Shown here piece after piece: positions 17,897 through 31,490 of a stretch of 64,000 bases of DNA. Under the pieces are notes generated by a model that was given only the letters and a program-made list of their open reading frames with translations, was not told the origin of the DNA and ran no database searches. How positions within the stretch are numbered: position 1 is the stretch's first letter; each line of letters begins with the position of its first letter. The position numbers were made by a program, and so were the translations under genes. The DNA comes from Eledone cirrhosa (taxonomy: Eukaryota), in NCBI GenBank assembly GCA_964016885.1, contig OZ024740.1:417136001-417200000 (forward strand), read 5' to 3'.

Positions 17897-18090
17897 AGGG
17901 CGGTGGATTGGCAGTATCGGTAGAGGGTCGGATGCCATGCTTTTGCAGCATAGAGTTACGGCCCTTTATAGTCTGAGTTAAAATCCTACCGAGGTTAACT
18001 TTGCCTTTCATCCTTACGAGGTCGATAAAATAAAGTACCAGTAATACACTGAGATAATTACTGGCCTTGTGCCAAAAGTAGAAACAATTA
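17897..18090 (+). mobile_element. SINE family A, full length with 13-bp TSD
   Basis: tatattttaaact (17884-17896) and tatatttcaaact (18091-18103). Confidence 0.9.
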
Positions 18091-18480
18091 TATATTTCAA
18101 ACTTAATAAAAAAAATTCTTTTGCAAAAAAAAAAAAATAAAAATTATGGACGATAGCCTGAGTCAGCTTGGTATGGGTGTACCTTAATTGGATTCACATA
18201 ACACAAACCAGGACAGCCTATCATCTCCATCGGTGGAAAATAAAAGACTGCCCAACATGTGACATCTTCCTGCAAATGTTTGCTTGCAGGAAGATAGTGT
18301 CCCCTGGTTAACGGAGTAACGTGCTTAAGCATACCTAAGCACAATGGTAACCCCAACATTGAATACAGGATTCTCACATATGTCTGACTTCGAACACTCT
18401 GTTCCCTTTCAGCTCAGAGCATCTGATTAAAATTTGAATTAATCCGACATCCAAAATTGTCCAAATATTGTTCTATTTAA

Positions 18481-21400
18481 TGTGTGTGTGTGTGTGACAG
18501 CCCACACCTATGTGTGTGTGTGTGACAGCCCACACCTATGTGTGTGTGTGTGACAGCCCACACCTATGTGTGTGTGTGTGTGACAGCTCACACCTATGTG
18601 TGTGTGTGTGTGACAGCCCACACCTATGTGTGTGTGTGTGTGACAGCCCACACCTATGTGTGTGTGTGTGTGACAGCTCACACCTATGTGTGTGTGTGTG
18701 TGACAGCCCACACCTATGTGTGTGTGTGTGTGACAGCTCACACCTATGTGTGTGTGTGTGACAGCTCACACCTATGTGTGTGTGTGTGACAGCCCACACC
18801 TATGTGTGTGTGTGTGTGACAGCTCACACCTATGTGTGTGTGAGTGTGACAGCCCACACCTATGTGTGTGTGTGTGACAGCTCACACCTATGTGTGTGTG
18901 TGTGACAGCCCACACCTATGTGTGTGTGTGTGTGACAGCTCACACCTATGTGTGTGTGTGTGACAGCTCACACCTATGTGTGTGTGTGCGTGTGTGTGTG
19001 ACAGCTCACACCTATGTGTGTGTGTGTCTGTGTGACACCCCACACCTATGTGTGTGTGTGACAGCTCACACCTATGTGTGTGTGACACTCACACCTATAT
19101 GTGTGTGTGTGTGACACTCACCTATGTGTGTGTGACAGCCCACACCTATGTGTGTGTGTGTGACAGTTCACACCTATGTGTGTGTGACAGCTCACACCTA
19201 TGTGTGTGTGTGTGTGACACTCACACCTATGTGTGTGTGACAGCTCACACCTGTGTGTGTGTGACAGCCCACACCTATGTGTGTGTGTGTGACAGCCCAC
19301 ACCTATATGTGTGTGTGTGTGACAGCCCACACCTATATGTGTGTGTGTGTGACAGCCCACACCTATGTGTGTGTGTGTGTGTGACAGCTCACACCTATGT
19401 GTGTGTGTGTGTGACAGCCCACACCTATATGTGTGTGTGACAGCCTACACCTATGTATGTGTGTGTGACAGCCCACACCTATATGTGTGTGTGTGACAGC
19501 CCACACCTATGTATGTGTGTGTGTCACAGCCCACACCTATATGTGTGTGTGTGTGACAGCCCACACCTATATATGTGTGTGTGTGACAGCCCACACCTAT
19601 ATGTGTGTGTGTGTGTGACAGCCCACACCTATGTATGTGTGTGTGTCACAGCCCACACCTATATGTGTGTGTGTGTGACAGCCCACACCTATATATGTGT
19701 GTGTGTGACAGTCCACACCTATATGTGTGTGTGTGTGACAGCCCACACCTATGTGTGTGTGTGTGTGTGACAGCTCACACCTATGTGTGTGTGTGTGTGA
19801 CAGCCCACACCTATATGTGTGTGTGACAGCCTACACCTATGTATGTGTGTGTGACAGCCCACACCTATATGTGTGTGTGTGACAGCTCACACCTATGTGT
19901 GTGTGTGTGACAGCCCACACCTATGTGTGTGTGTGACAGCCCACACCTATATGTGTGTGTGTGTGACAGCCCACACCTATATGTATGTGTGTGTGACAGC
20001 CCACACCTATATGTGTGTGTGTGTGACAGCCCACATATATATGTGTGTGTGTGACAGCCCACACCTATGTATGTGTGTGTGTCACAGCCCACACCTATAT
20101 GTGTGTGTGACAGCCCACACCTATATATGTGTGTGTGTGACAGCCCACACCTATATGTGTGTGTGTGTGTGACAGCCCACACCTATGTGTGTGTGTGTGA
20201 CAGCCCACACCTATATATGTGTGTGTGCGACAGCCCACACCTATATGTATGTGTGTGTGACAGCTCACACCTATGTGTGTGTGTGTGTGTGACAGCCCAC
20301 ACCTATGTGTGTGTGTGTGACAGCTCACACCTATGTGTGTGTGTGTGACAGCCCACACCTATGTGTGTGTGTGTGTGACAGCCCACACCTATGTGTGTGT
20401 GTGTGTGACAGCTCACACCTATGTGTGTGTGTGTGACAGCTCACACCTATGTGTGTGTGTGAGACAGCCCACACCTATGTGTGTGTGTGTGTGTGACAGC
20501 CCACACCTATGTGTGTGTGTGTGACAGCTCACACCTATGTGTGTGTGTGTGACAGCTCACACCTATGTGTGTGTGTGAGACAGCCCACACCTATGTGTGT
20601 GTGTGTGTGTGTGACAGCCCACACCTATGTGTGTGTGTGTGACAGCTCACACCTATGTGTGTGTGTGTGACAGCCCACACCTATGTGTGTGTGTGACAGC
20701 TCACACCTATGTGTGTGTGTGTGTGACAGCCCACACCTATGTGTGTGTGTGTGTGACAGCCCACACCTATGTGTGTGTGTGACAGCCCACACCTATGTGT
20801 GTGTGTGTGACAGCCCACACCTATGTGTGTGTGTGTGTGACAGCCCACACCTATGTGTGTGTGTGTGTGACAGCCCACACCTATGTGTGTGTGTGTGTGA
20901 CAGCCCACACCTATATGTGTGTGTGTGTGACAGCCCACACCTATGTGTGTGTGTGACAGCTCACACCTATGTGTGTGTGTGTGACAGCCCACACCTATGT
21001 GTGTGTGTGTGTGACAGCCCACACCTATGTGTGTGTGTGTGTGACAGCCCACACCTATGTGTGTGTGTGTGTGACAGCCCACACCTATATGTGTGTGTGT
21101 GTGACAGCCCACACCTATGTGTGTGTGTGACAGCTCACACCTATGTGTGTGTGTGTGTGACAGCCCACACCTATGTGTGTGTGTGTGACAGCCCACACCT
21201 ATGTGTGTGTGTGTGACAGCCCACACCTATGTGTGTTTGTGTGTGACAGCCCACACCTATGTGTGTGTGTGTGTGACAGCCCACACCTATATGTGTGTGT
21301 GTGTGACAGCCCACACCTATGTGTGTGTGTGTGTAACAGCCCACACCTATGTGTGTGTGTGTGTAACAGCCCACACCTATGTGTGTGTGTGACAGCCCAC

Positions 21401-22044
21401 ACCTATGTGTGTGTGTGTGTGACAGCCCACACCTATGTGTGTGTGTGTGTGACAGCCCACACCTATATGTGTGTGTGTGTGACAGCCCACACCTATATGT
21501 GTGTGTGTGTGACAGCCCACACCTATGTGTGTGTGTGTAACAGCCCACACCTATGTGTGTGTGTGACAGCCCACACCTATGTGTGTGTGTGACAGCCCAC
21601 ACCTATGTGTGTGTGTGACAGCCCACACCTATGTGTGTGTCTGTGAGACAGCCCACACCTATATATGTGTGTGTGTGACAGCCCACACCTATGTGTGTGT
21701 GTGACAGCCCACACCTATGTGTGTGTGTGTGTGAGACAGCCCACACCTATATATGTGTGTGTGTGACAGCCCACACCTATGTATGTGTGTGTGTGACAGC
21801 CCACACCTATATATGTGTGTGTGTGACAGCCCACACCTATGTGTGTGTGTGTGTGACAGCCCACACCTATGTGTGTGTGTGTGTGACAGCCCACACCTAT
21901 GTGTGTGTGTGTGTGACAGCCCACACCTATGTGTGTGTGTGACAGCCCACACCTATGTGTGTGTGTGTGTGACAGCCCACACCTATGTGTGTGTGTGACA
22001 GCCCACACCTATGTGTGTGTGTGTGTGACAGCTCACACCTATGC
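18481..22044. repeat. Minisatellite (GT)n-GACAGCYCACACCTAT, units about 24-32 bp, roughly 125 copies
   Basis: Constant 16-bp core separated by variable GT runs; copy number estimated from length. Confidence 0.97.
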
Positions 22045-22272
22045 AGGTTTAGCTGGCCTCCTCCAAGGTATACCTCGGTGGAGGTGTCTTGGGTAATTTA
22101 ATGATAGAGACCCCAGTCCCTATCATCTTATTTCTACAGCTGAGTAAACTGGAGCAATGTGAAATAAAGTGTCTTGCTCAAGGAAACAACACATCACCCA
22201 GTCCGAGAATTGAACTCACAACCTTTTGATTGCAAGCCCAATGCTCTAACCACTAAGCCATGCACGTTCACA
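22045..22272 (-). mobile_element. SINE family B, tail type 1, running into the minisatellite
   Basis: Collinear with 12043-12271. Confidence 0.88.
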
Positions 22273-22399
22273 GTTCTATTTAATGGTTCACATCAATTCA
22301 ACTTAGTGTTGAATTGATGTTATTTTTCTTTGTTCTTTTCCCCACTCTCTTTGATGACGTAATTTGTTGGTTGATTCAGATTGAAATTAACACATTTTA

Positions 22400-23330
22400 T
22401 TCACAGATGTATAACGGGATGTCATCCTCCATTTAATAAGGAGAGGGTTCCTCAGTTTTACCACTTTGCTTGGCAAGCCCATCGGGAGCCCTCCTACTTT
22501 TCCTTCGGTGACCATTTCATCCTATCTTCCACAGGGGTCCAACAGCGTGACCCGCTCGGACTTGCTATTTTTGCACTGGGCATTGATGACGTCACCAAGA
22601 TGGGAGTTGACCTGGATTTGAATGTCTTGTATCTGGATGATGCCTGTTTGGGGTGCTCTCCAGACAAGGTTCTTGCAACCGAGAATACGATGATTGAGGA
22701 ACTGGGTCGTAGGGGCCTTCACGTCAACGGTTCCGAATGCGAGCTCTGGCCTCTCAATCACACAGCTTTACATCAGCAGGTTGCTGACCTGTTTACAGAG
22801 TATTTCCCCTCCACCGCGGTTTCTCCATCAAGGTGCTGCTCCCTTTGACCCCCAATTACCGTCTTTCCATCTAAGTTGACGAAACTCGAGCAAATTTTAA
22901 AAAAAACCTCGAAGCCATTGAGCCTCATCAAAGTTTTTTTTATACTTAGGAAGTATTTGTCAATTCCTAAGTTGTTGTATTTCCTCGGATGTAGTCCCTC
23001 TTACATATTGTCGTTGTCTCTCCAAAGCTTTGACGACCTAATATCCAGTGAGTTCGATGGTCTGGTCAATGTCCGCCTCACTCGACCAGGCTACCTTACC
23101 CAAACGGTTTAGAGGTCTTGGTTTGCACAATGCCCGTCTTTATCTCTACGTTACTTTCTTTCTTCCATCCACGCCTGCTCCCCTTTAGTGGGGGACATCC
23201 TCTCCTTTGCAACATGGACTAGTTCCACCAGGAAGATGGATGAAGATTTACTACAGTGGAGAGAGAGCTGGGTTTGTCAGTTCCCGACACTGATGAGGAT
23301 AGACGGAAGTAGAGAGTGTAGGACTGTCTG
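22400..23330 (+). pseudogene. CRE-clade reverse transcriptase relic
   Basis: SSTGVQQRDPLGLAIFAL...LNVLYLDDACLG...GLHVNGSECEL, then frameshifted FFILRKYLSIPKLLYFL; degenerate. Confidence 0.8.
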
Positions 23331-23454
23331 CGTTCGAGCAAAAACTGTTAACTCTTGCCATCGAGAACATTTAAGTATGAATGTTCGATTCTGAATTGAA
23401 AGTGCATAAGGAAATCGGACATTTCATACTTAAGGATTTAGTATTATATATATA

Positions 23455-23563
23455 GTTCAAATCCCGCCGATGTTAACTTTGCCTTTCTTCCCTACGGTGT
23501 CGATAAAATAAAGTACCAGTAATGTACTGTGATAATTGCTGGCCTTGTGCCAATAGTAGAAAC

Positions 23564-23568
<5 letters not shown>
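23455..23568 (+). mobile_element. SINE family A, 5'-truncated
   Basis: Starts at gttcaaatcccgccg; flanked by TA tracts. Confidence 0.8.
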
Positions 23569-23617
<49 letters not shown>

Positions 23618-23657
23618 TTCAAAATATTAACAAAATAGATATTCTTGTAATCAAGTA

Positions 23658-23724
23658 TATTTTATTATACATATTTCAGAGGTACTGAGTTAACTTCAAC
23701 AGTACGTCCTCATCAGATAAAATA
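23658..23724 (-). ncRNA. Type I hammerhead ribozyme (predicted)
   Basis: Minus strand tattttat-CTGATGA-ggacgtactg...cagtacctct-GAAA-tatgta-TA-ataaaata: 8-bp stem I, 9/10-bp stem II. It lies within an inverted repeat (about 23620-23680 / 23780-23838). Confidence 0.75.
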
Positions 23725-23970
23725 AGATGATGCATGACATACCCTGACATAGTAGATGGTTAAGATTCAGTCATGGTAGTCTGAAATATGTATAATAAAA
23801 TATACTTGATCGCAAGCATATCTATTTTGTTAATATTTTTAATTAATATTAATAACACCGGAAAAACCATAACTGTTGAGTGCTTCCAATCTATTGTAAA
23901 ACTCATTCTTTGATTTATTCATTGAACCTTGTTTAACCTTTAAATATATATATATATATATATATATATA

Positions 23971-24115
23971 GTCCAGAAATAGCCGTCGAAACGGGTTGAG
24001 CTCTGCCGTCGGGGTTTTGAACATTTTCCCTATTACCCACTCTACTACCCATAGTATCGAGTACTCTGGTGCGTTATGGTCCACCTGCTTCCTTACCACA
24101 CTTCCTTCGTTATAT
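23971..24115 (+). mobile_element. Repeat family R fragment
   Basis: aaatagccgtcgaaacgg...ctctactaccc...ccttaccac; homologous to 57730-57866 and 54710-54868; TA-flanked. Confidence 0.7.
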
Positions 24116-24124
24116 ATATATATA

Positions 24125-25413
24125 GGCATACGTCAAGACGGGCGGTCTCAAAAGTGAAACTAATTTTTGACAGTTACGATTGTGAATTTGTTTGTTTTTT
24201 TACAACAGGTCTCAATAGTGAAAGTATAATGCAGACACACGCAATTGTATAGATTTCTTAATAGATATATATGTGTGGGTGTGTATATGTGTGTATATAT
24301 ATGTGTGTCTGTATGTATATATATATATATGTGTGTTTGTATATATATATGTGTTTGTGTCATCATCATCGTTTAACGTCTATCTTCCACGCAAGCATGG
24401 GTTTAGACGTATATATATGTTTGTGTGTATATATGTGTTTGTACATCTCGCCAAACTTGTTGGCACCAACTCTCTGTCCCCAAAGAAATTAAGGTAGGGT
24501 CATAAGAAGAACAGAGAATGATAAGGGATTTGGGTCAGAGGGGCAGCTTGGGGTCAGAAAGGCAGATTGGCGTCAGAAGGGCTGGGAAAATTTTATTTTT
24601 TTTAAACGAAGCACCGAAGGGCTGGATTCTAATACAGTGTCACATCAAATATGGCTGGACGAGTGTATGGTCGCGTTACCTTAGTTGAAGATATTTTGGA
24701 TACCAATGCCATTATTAATCGTTTTGAAACAGTGTATACACTGTGTCCGGCGATACACGGTGACACGTTGTGTATGTTACAGTGGTTGGTCCTTCTTATG
24801 ACCCTACCTTAATTTCTTTGGGGACAGAGAGTTGGTGCCAACAAGTTTGGCGAGATGATCAACTGTATTTCAGCTATTTATAGGGTGTAATAAGGATTTT
24901 CAATATTTCTTTCTTTCAACACACAATGTCATTATTTTAAAAAAAACCCATACAATTGTGTACATGCATATCTATATACATCTACAAATTCATACAAATG
25001 TGTATGTGTTCATAAATATATATATACAGACACATATATATATATACAGACACATATATATACACACAAACACACATATATATACACACAAACACATATA
25101 TACACACAAACATATATATACATCTAAACCCATGCTTGCGTGGAAGATAGACGTTAAACGATGATGATGACACAAACACATATATATATACAAACACACA
25201 TATATATATATATATATATATACATACACACACACATATATATACACACATATACACACCCACACATATATATCTATTAAGAAATCTATACAATTGTGTG
25301 TGTCTGCATTATACTTTCACTATTGAGACCTGTTGTAAAAAAACAAACAAATTCACAATCGTAACCGTCAAAAATTAGTCTCACTTTTGAGACCGCCCGT
25401 CTTGACGTATGCC
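24125..25413. mobile_element. 1.3-kb foldback element with long inverted arms
   Basis: ggcatacgtcaagacggg... / ...cccgtcttgacgtatgcc. Outer arms 24125-24442 / about 25089-25413; inner arms 24444-24509 / 24792-24857; TA flanks. Confidence 0.85.
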
Positions 25414-25474
25414 TATATATATATACGCACACACACATATATACATACATATGATATATATTTATATACACACG

Positions 25475-25608
25475 CACTCATGTATATCATGATTCATACA
25501 CTATTCACTTCCCTGACGTTTGTATATTATTCTATGTACTATACATGCACCTTTGATGAGGTGTAGTGCACCTGAGCACTGTTCACAATAATTTCATTAT
25601 CATTATCA
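25475..25608 (+). mobile_element. CR1 3' UTR fragment
   Basis: gtagtgcacctgagcactgt...aataatttcatt matches the reverse complement of about 32330-32440. Confidence 0.75.
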
Positions 25609-25685
25609 TACACACACACATATATATATATACACATATATACATATAATATATATACACACACTCACACATATATATACGTACT

Positions 25686-26048
<363 letters not shown>

Positions 26049-26186
26049 ATATAATATATATATGCCCCAGCATGGCCTCAGCCGAATGGCTGAAACAGGT
26101 AAAAGAGTAAAAGAATATATACACACACACACATATATATATACACATATATACATATATATATATACACACATACACATATATAA

Positions 26187-26268
<82 letters not shown>

Positions 26269-26272
<4 letters not shown>

Positions 26273-29200
26273 TCATCATCATCATCAACGTTTAACGTCC
26301 GTGTTCCACGCTTGCATGGGTTTGGACGGGGGTAGTCCCACTTGAGGCAAGAGTGATTGTCTTGCTCGCATAGGACTGTCTGGCAGGTTTTCTACAGTTG
26401 GATGCCCTTCCTAACACCAACCACATTTACAGTGTGGGTCTGGGAGGTTTTTACCGTGTTGCCTACACGGCCACATTACAGCGTGGACTGTGTGTTTTTT
26501 TGTCGTGACACCTACACGATCTCATTTGTTTCGGCCTCGATGGCGCGGCACCAACATAACTTTACATAGAACGGGGTGGTGTGGATCGGGTGGGGGTGGT
26601 GGGACGGGGTGTATTTGTTAGAGATGCCTACTGGCTGGAGTAGGTTTTACTATATATTTAGGTAAGGCGGGTCTTCTCTGTTACTGAGTACCGCCAAAGG
26701 TCTCGGTCCAGTGACATTGTCTTGGAGAGGTGTAAGTGTGTGATGTCGGAGTTTATCAGCTCGTCCCAGGTTTTTCTAGGTCTGCCTATTCCGTGACTAC
26801 CGTCTATCTTTATTGCCCTGCACTTTGTTATACAGCTATCGACTTTCATGCGCATCACGTGTCCATACCAACGTAGCCTTCTCTCGAGTAGACAACATCT
26901 GATCCCTCTTATCTCTAATTTATTCCTTAGTTCGTTTATGCTTTGCCGTTCACGTATATTACTGTTACACATCCAGCGGAGCATGCAAGCTTCGTTCCTC
27001 TCTAGTCTGCGTATATCCTCTGCACACAATGCCCAGGTCTCACTGCCATGCAGCATTGCTGTTCGTATGCAGGCATCGTACAACCTGCCTTTCATTTTTA
27101 GTGAGAACCCTTTAGCGGCTAATAGTGGTATAAGCTCTCTGAACTTTTTCCAACCAGTTCTGACTCTAGCTACAGTACTTTCAGAGCACCCTCCCCCACT
27201 GCTGATTTTATCGCCCAGGTAACGGAAGCTGTCCACTATTTCTATAGAACCCTCTGCGCAATTGAAAGAGCTAGTATTTTGTGGGCACTTGCTGCTACTT
27301 ATTGCACCAGAGCACCGGCCACATGTAAAATCTATGTTCTTAGTTAGCCTACCTGTGATCCCACTACATCTTTTATGCACCCATACTTTGCATTTAGGAC
27401 ATAAAATGGAGTTTCTACCTACGCCTTTCCTACACACCGAGCACGACCATTTCCCAGAAGGGACCGCCGCCTTGTTTTCTTTCCTACAAACTAGTACTTT
27501 GGTCTTAGCCAGGTTAATTTTAAGTCCTTTTGACTCTAGGCCGTGCTTCCATGTTTGGAATTTCTTCTCTAGCTCGGCCATTGATTCCGCTATGAGTGTC
27601 AGGTCGTCTGCGTATAGGAGTTCCCATGGGCAGCCTGTCTTGAACTCCTCTGTTATGGCCTGAAGGGCAATAATAAATAGTAGTGGACTGAGAACAGAGC
27701 CCTGATGGACGCCGACTTTTACGCTAAACTCTTCACTATATTCGTTGTTAATTCTAACCTTGCTGACTGTTTCTTTATACATGGCTTGTATAGCCCTCAC
27801 AAGCCATTCGTCAACGCCTAGTTTTCTAAGAGCCCACCAGATAATGGAGCGGGGGACTCTGTCGAAGGCTTTCTCCAAGTCGACAAAAGCTAAGTAGAGG
27901 GGTTTACCTTTAGCTAGGTACTTCTCTTGTAGTTGTCGTACTATGAAAAGAGCGTCTGTGGTACTTTTGCCTGACACAACCCGAACTGCATTTCATCTAG
28001 GTCAATTCTCTCTCTGATTAGTTGCGCTATTACTCTTTCCGTGACCTTCATGACCTGGTCGATTAATTTAATGCCTCTATAGTTACTCCTATCTAGGGCG
28101 TCTCCTTTACCCTTATAACAGTTAACGATGATGCTGCTATGCCAGTCCTTCGGAACAACCCCGTTTTGTACGACTTGGTTAACTATGCGGGTGACCATGG
28201 TGTGTCCCACCGTGCCAGATGCCTTCAGCATCTCAGCAACTATTTCCGAAGGCCCAGCCGCCTTACCAGTCTTCATATCCTTGATTGCCTTACTTATTAT
28301 ACTCCCCTCGACTAACACTGCTGGTCCCTCTATTGGGTCGATATGGGGGAGACTGCCTTTCTCCCAATTATTCTCCTCATTTAGAAGCCTTTCATAGTGA
28401 CACTTCCAAGCTACCTTCTTATCAGCGTCGGTGATGGCAAGTGTGCCATCGTCGTTTAGTACACACTTCTCCCCGACAATATCACGGTTTTCCTTGACGC
28501 ATTGCCTAGCAATCCTGAACACCTCACGTTTTTGGTCATCGCGTTGTAGAACATGCTTGAACTTTCTTTCCTCAGCTTCCCTTCTTGCTAAGTACACTTG
28601 TCTCCTAGCTTCCCTCCTGGCCACTTGATAGTCCTCTCTACTTCCCCCATCCCGCCATACTTTCCAAGCCTGCTTTTTGGCCTTAATTGACCCCTCCACC
28701 TTACTGTTCCACCACCATGTTACTCTCCTCCTGCCTACAGGCCTGCTCCAGCCACAGACCTCGTCTGTCGCCAACAGCAGGTTTGCTTTCAGAAATTCCC
28801 ACTCTCCCTCTATATTGTCCGACTCTAAATGTTCTTCCTTACTGTCGAAAGCATCAAGTAATATGCTTTGAAATTTATTCCTGGCTGTGGGGTCCTTTAG
28901 CTTCCATATTTTCCTCCTGAGGATAGTCCTCTTCTGTTGTCGAGTACGTCTCGTCCTGACTATGAGGTCGCTAATTATCAGTCTATGTTGGGAGGTGCAT
29001 TCTTCATGGGGGAGGGATTTAGTGTTAACAACAGACACTCTGTCACGTCTTCTGGTAAGGATATAATCTACCTGGCTTGTGTGTTCCCCGGATCTATAGG
29101 TGATCAGGTGATTGTCACGTTTTTTGAAGTTAGTGTTACAGATAGTTAGGTTATTTGCATCACAGAATTCCAGGATTCTGGAGCCTTCCTCATTTCTAGT

Positions 29201-29788
29201 ACCAAACCCATAGCCTCCATGGATTTCGTTGTAGCCGTCACAATGTTGTCCAACGTGACCATTTAGGTCGCCTGCGATAATTATATAGTCACTGTCGGAT
29301 ATTTGGGAGGTAGTTAGCATCAGTGTCTCATAGAATCTGTCTTTTATAGTGCCGGGCAGTCCGGATTGGGGTGCGTACGCAGATATTACTGTCACCGTAG
29401 TTCTATTGAGGACAAGTCGTATTTTAATTATTCTGTCGTTCACTCTATTTACGTCTATTATCTTATCTGCCCACTTTTCTGCTACCATGATTCCTACTCC
29501 ACCCAGCCCATCGTCGTTTCCCACCCAGAAAAGCTTATAACAACGTTTTTTACCCTCAATGAACCTAGCAGACCCACCCCTCCACCTGGTCTCTTGAATA
29601 CAACAAACATCGACCTCCTTACGTTCAAGCATTTCTACAACCTCGTTAGCGCGACCCTTTAGGGTGCCTACATTTATGGTACCAACTCTGAAGTTTTGGA
29701 TTGCGTTTGGGGGTTGGGGGCGGTGAGGGGCGGGGGGCGATGGGGTTATGTTAGCCGTCCGCGGTCGAAACAATGAGGAGTGCTCGCA
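26269..29788 (-). mobile_element. RTE-clade LINE, near-complete (copy 1)
   Basis: APE+RT coding region, about 390-bp 3' UTR ending in (GAT)n; both junctions in (TA)n. Confidence 0.95.
26658..29788 (-). CDS. RTE polyprotein (APE endonuclease + RT with PHD-like insert), one frameshift at about 27978
   Basis: APE motifs GTINVGTL, CIQETRW, SAYAPQ, AGDLNGHVG, QVDYIL, SQHRL; RT motifs NYRGIKL, FVDLEKAFD, GVHQGSVLSPLLF, YADD, FRYLG. The two ORFs join if one T is restored, as in other copies. Confidence 0.9.
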
Positions 29789-29811
29789 ATATATATATAT
29801 ATATATATAAA

Positions 29812-30345
29812 TATGAGAAAAATGGAGTGCTGCGTGGTTGCACATGGGTTACATATGAATAAAATTAGTCCTTCATCAGTGATCTTCCAACCTTCATTGG
29901 TATTTCATCGCTTAAAAAATCATATACCTATGGTTGGTGCGAGCAATAACTAAATAAAGTTATTGGGACAAGTAAAATAGGGTGAAGCGAGCGAGCCATG
30001 TAAACAAACAAAGATGGTATTGCAACGGAAAGATAGGAAGAGACAAGTACATGATATCTATAAGCTTAAGCTTGGTGAAATCATGGACGAGAGATACAGA
30101 CCATCCGACCTTGGTGAGATGTGAGCGAGAAAAGGATTTCACACAGGTCAAACGGGAGGAAGTGAGAGAGGGGGGAGAAGCAGAGAGTGAATGAGTGGAA
30201 GTGTGAGGAAGAGGCCAGCTGAGAGAGAGTGTGACTGGCAGAGGGGATAAAAAGGTGAGATATACACAGAGAGAGGAAGCAGTAAGAAAGAAACAGACAA
30301 TCACAGCTGAGGAAAAAATATAAATATAAGAAAAATGGAGTGCTG
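29812..30345. mobile_element. Repeat family P monomer with a short terminal repeat
   Basis: agaaaaatggagtgctg occurs at both ends about 515 bp apart; homologous to 9711-10260. Confidence 0.75.
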
Positions 30346-30387
30346 ATATACATATATTCATATAATATATATATATATATATATATG

Positions 30388-30440
<53 letters not shown>

Positions 30441-30544
30441 TATATATATATATACACACACACATATCCAGCAAGCTACAACCGTTAAGGTTGTCTTTTT
30501 TTTCGGGGTATGTCAATATTTATGTATAAAACTAATCTGTATTG

Positions 30545-30610
30545 TATTTTATCTGATGAAAGCACACCATAATTTGCCTTGGTGGCCCTTGAAATATGTA
30601 TAATAAAATA
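30545..30610 (+). ncRNA. Type I hammerhead ribozyme (predicted), family S
   Basis: tattttat-CTGATGA-aagcacacca...tggtggccctt-GAAA-tatgta-TA-ataaaata; 30480-30660 is a solo copy of the arm at 49621-49794. Confidence 0.68.
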
Positions 30611-30936
30611 AATATGGTTTTATAAATATAGTTTCCATTTGTTAATATATTGTATATTTATATGTAGAGTATCTCATATATATGGAGAGAGAGGGGGAGA
30701 AGGATAAACAACAAAGATATGAACTATTAGCAGTGTTAACAGATGAAATTCATTGGCAACACAAGTTGGTTTAACAAAAGGAACAGGTGTTGCATGAATG
30801 ATATATCTCACCTGTGTGTGTGTATCTATATATATATATGTATATATGTATATGTATTAATTGTAGGTGTGGTAGATCATGATAGGTGGTGAGCTGAGGG
30901 AGTTATAAAAGGTGTTTTTTTTAAATCTGGGATTGT

Positions 30937-31306
30937 AATAGTAGTAATGGTGGTGGTACTAGTAGTAGTAGTGATTGTGGAGGTAGCAGTAGTAGTAGTG
31001 GTAGTAGTAGTAGTGGTCGTGGTAATAGTAGTGGTAGTGGTGGTGGTAATAGTACTAGTGGTGGTGGTAGTAGTAGTAGTGATTGTAATGGTGGTAGTAG
31101 TAGTGATTGTGGTGGTAGCAGTAGTAGTAGTGGTCGTGGTAATAGTAATGGTGGTGGTAATAGTAGTGGTAGTGGTGGAAGTAGTAGTAGTAGTGGTGGT
31201 GGTGGTAATAGTAGTCGTGGTAGTAGCAGTAATAGTAGTGATTGTGGTGGTAATAGTACTAGTGGTGGTAGTGGTAGTAATAGTAGTGGTGGTGGTAATA
31301 GTAGTG

Positions 31307-31361
<55 letters not shown>

Positions 31362-31490
31362 TACTAGTAGTAGTGGTAGTAGTAGCAGTAGTGGTAGTGG
31401 TAGTACTAGTAGTATTAGTAGTGATTGTGCTTGTAATAGTAGTAGTAGTAGTAGTAGTACTTGTGGTAGTAGTAGTATTAGTAGTAGTAA
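30937..31490. repeat. Imperfect (GTA/GTG)n trinucleotide repeat
   Basis: Triplet periodicity over about 550 bp. Confidence 0.92.

Noticed and set aside
18508-22008. Cys/His-rich CVCVTAHTY ORFs
   Set aside because: Minisatellite translations with constant frame switching, not zinc fingers.
26848-29662. Plus-strand ORFs recurring in several RTE copies
   Set aside because: Antisense shadows of the RT/APE frame; recurrence reflects copy identity.
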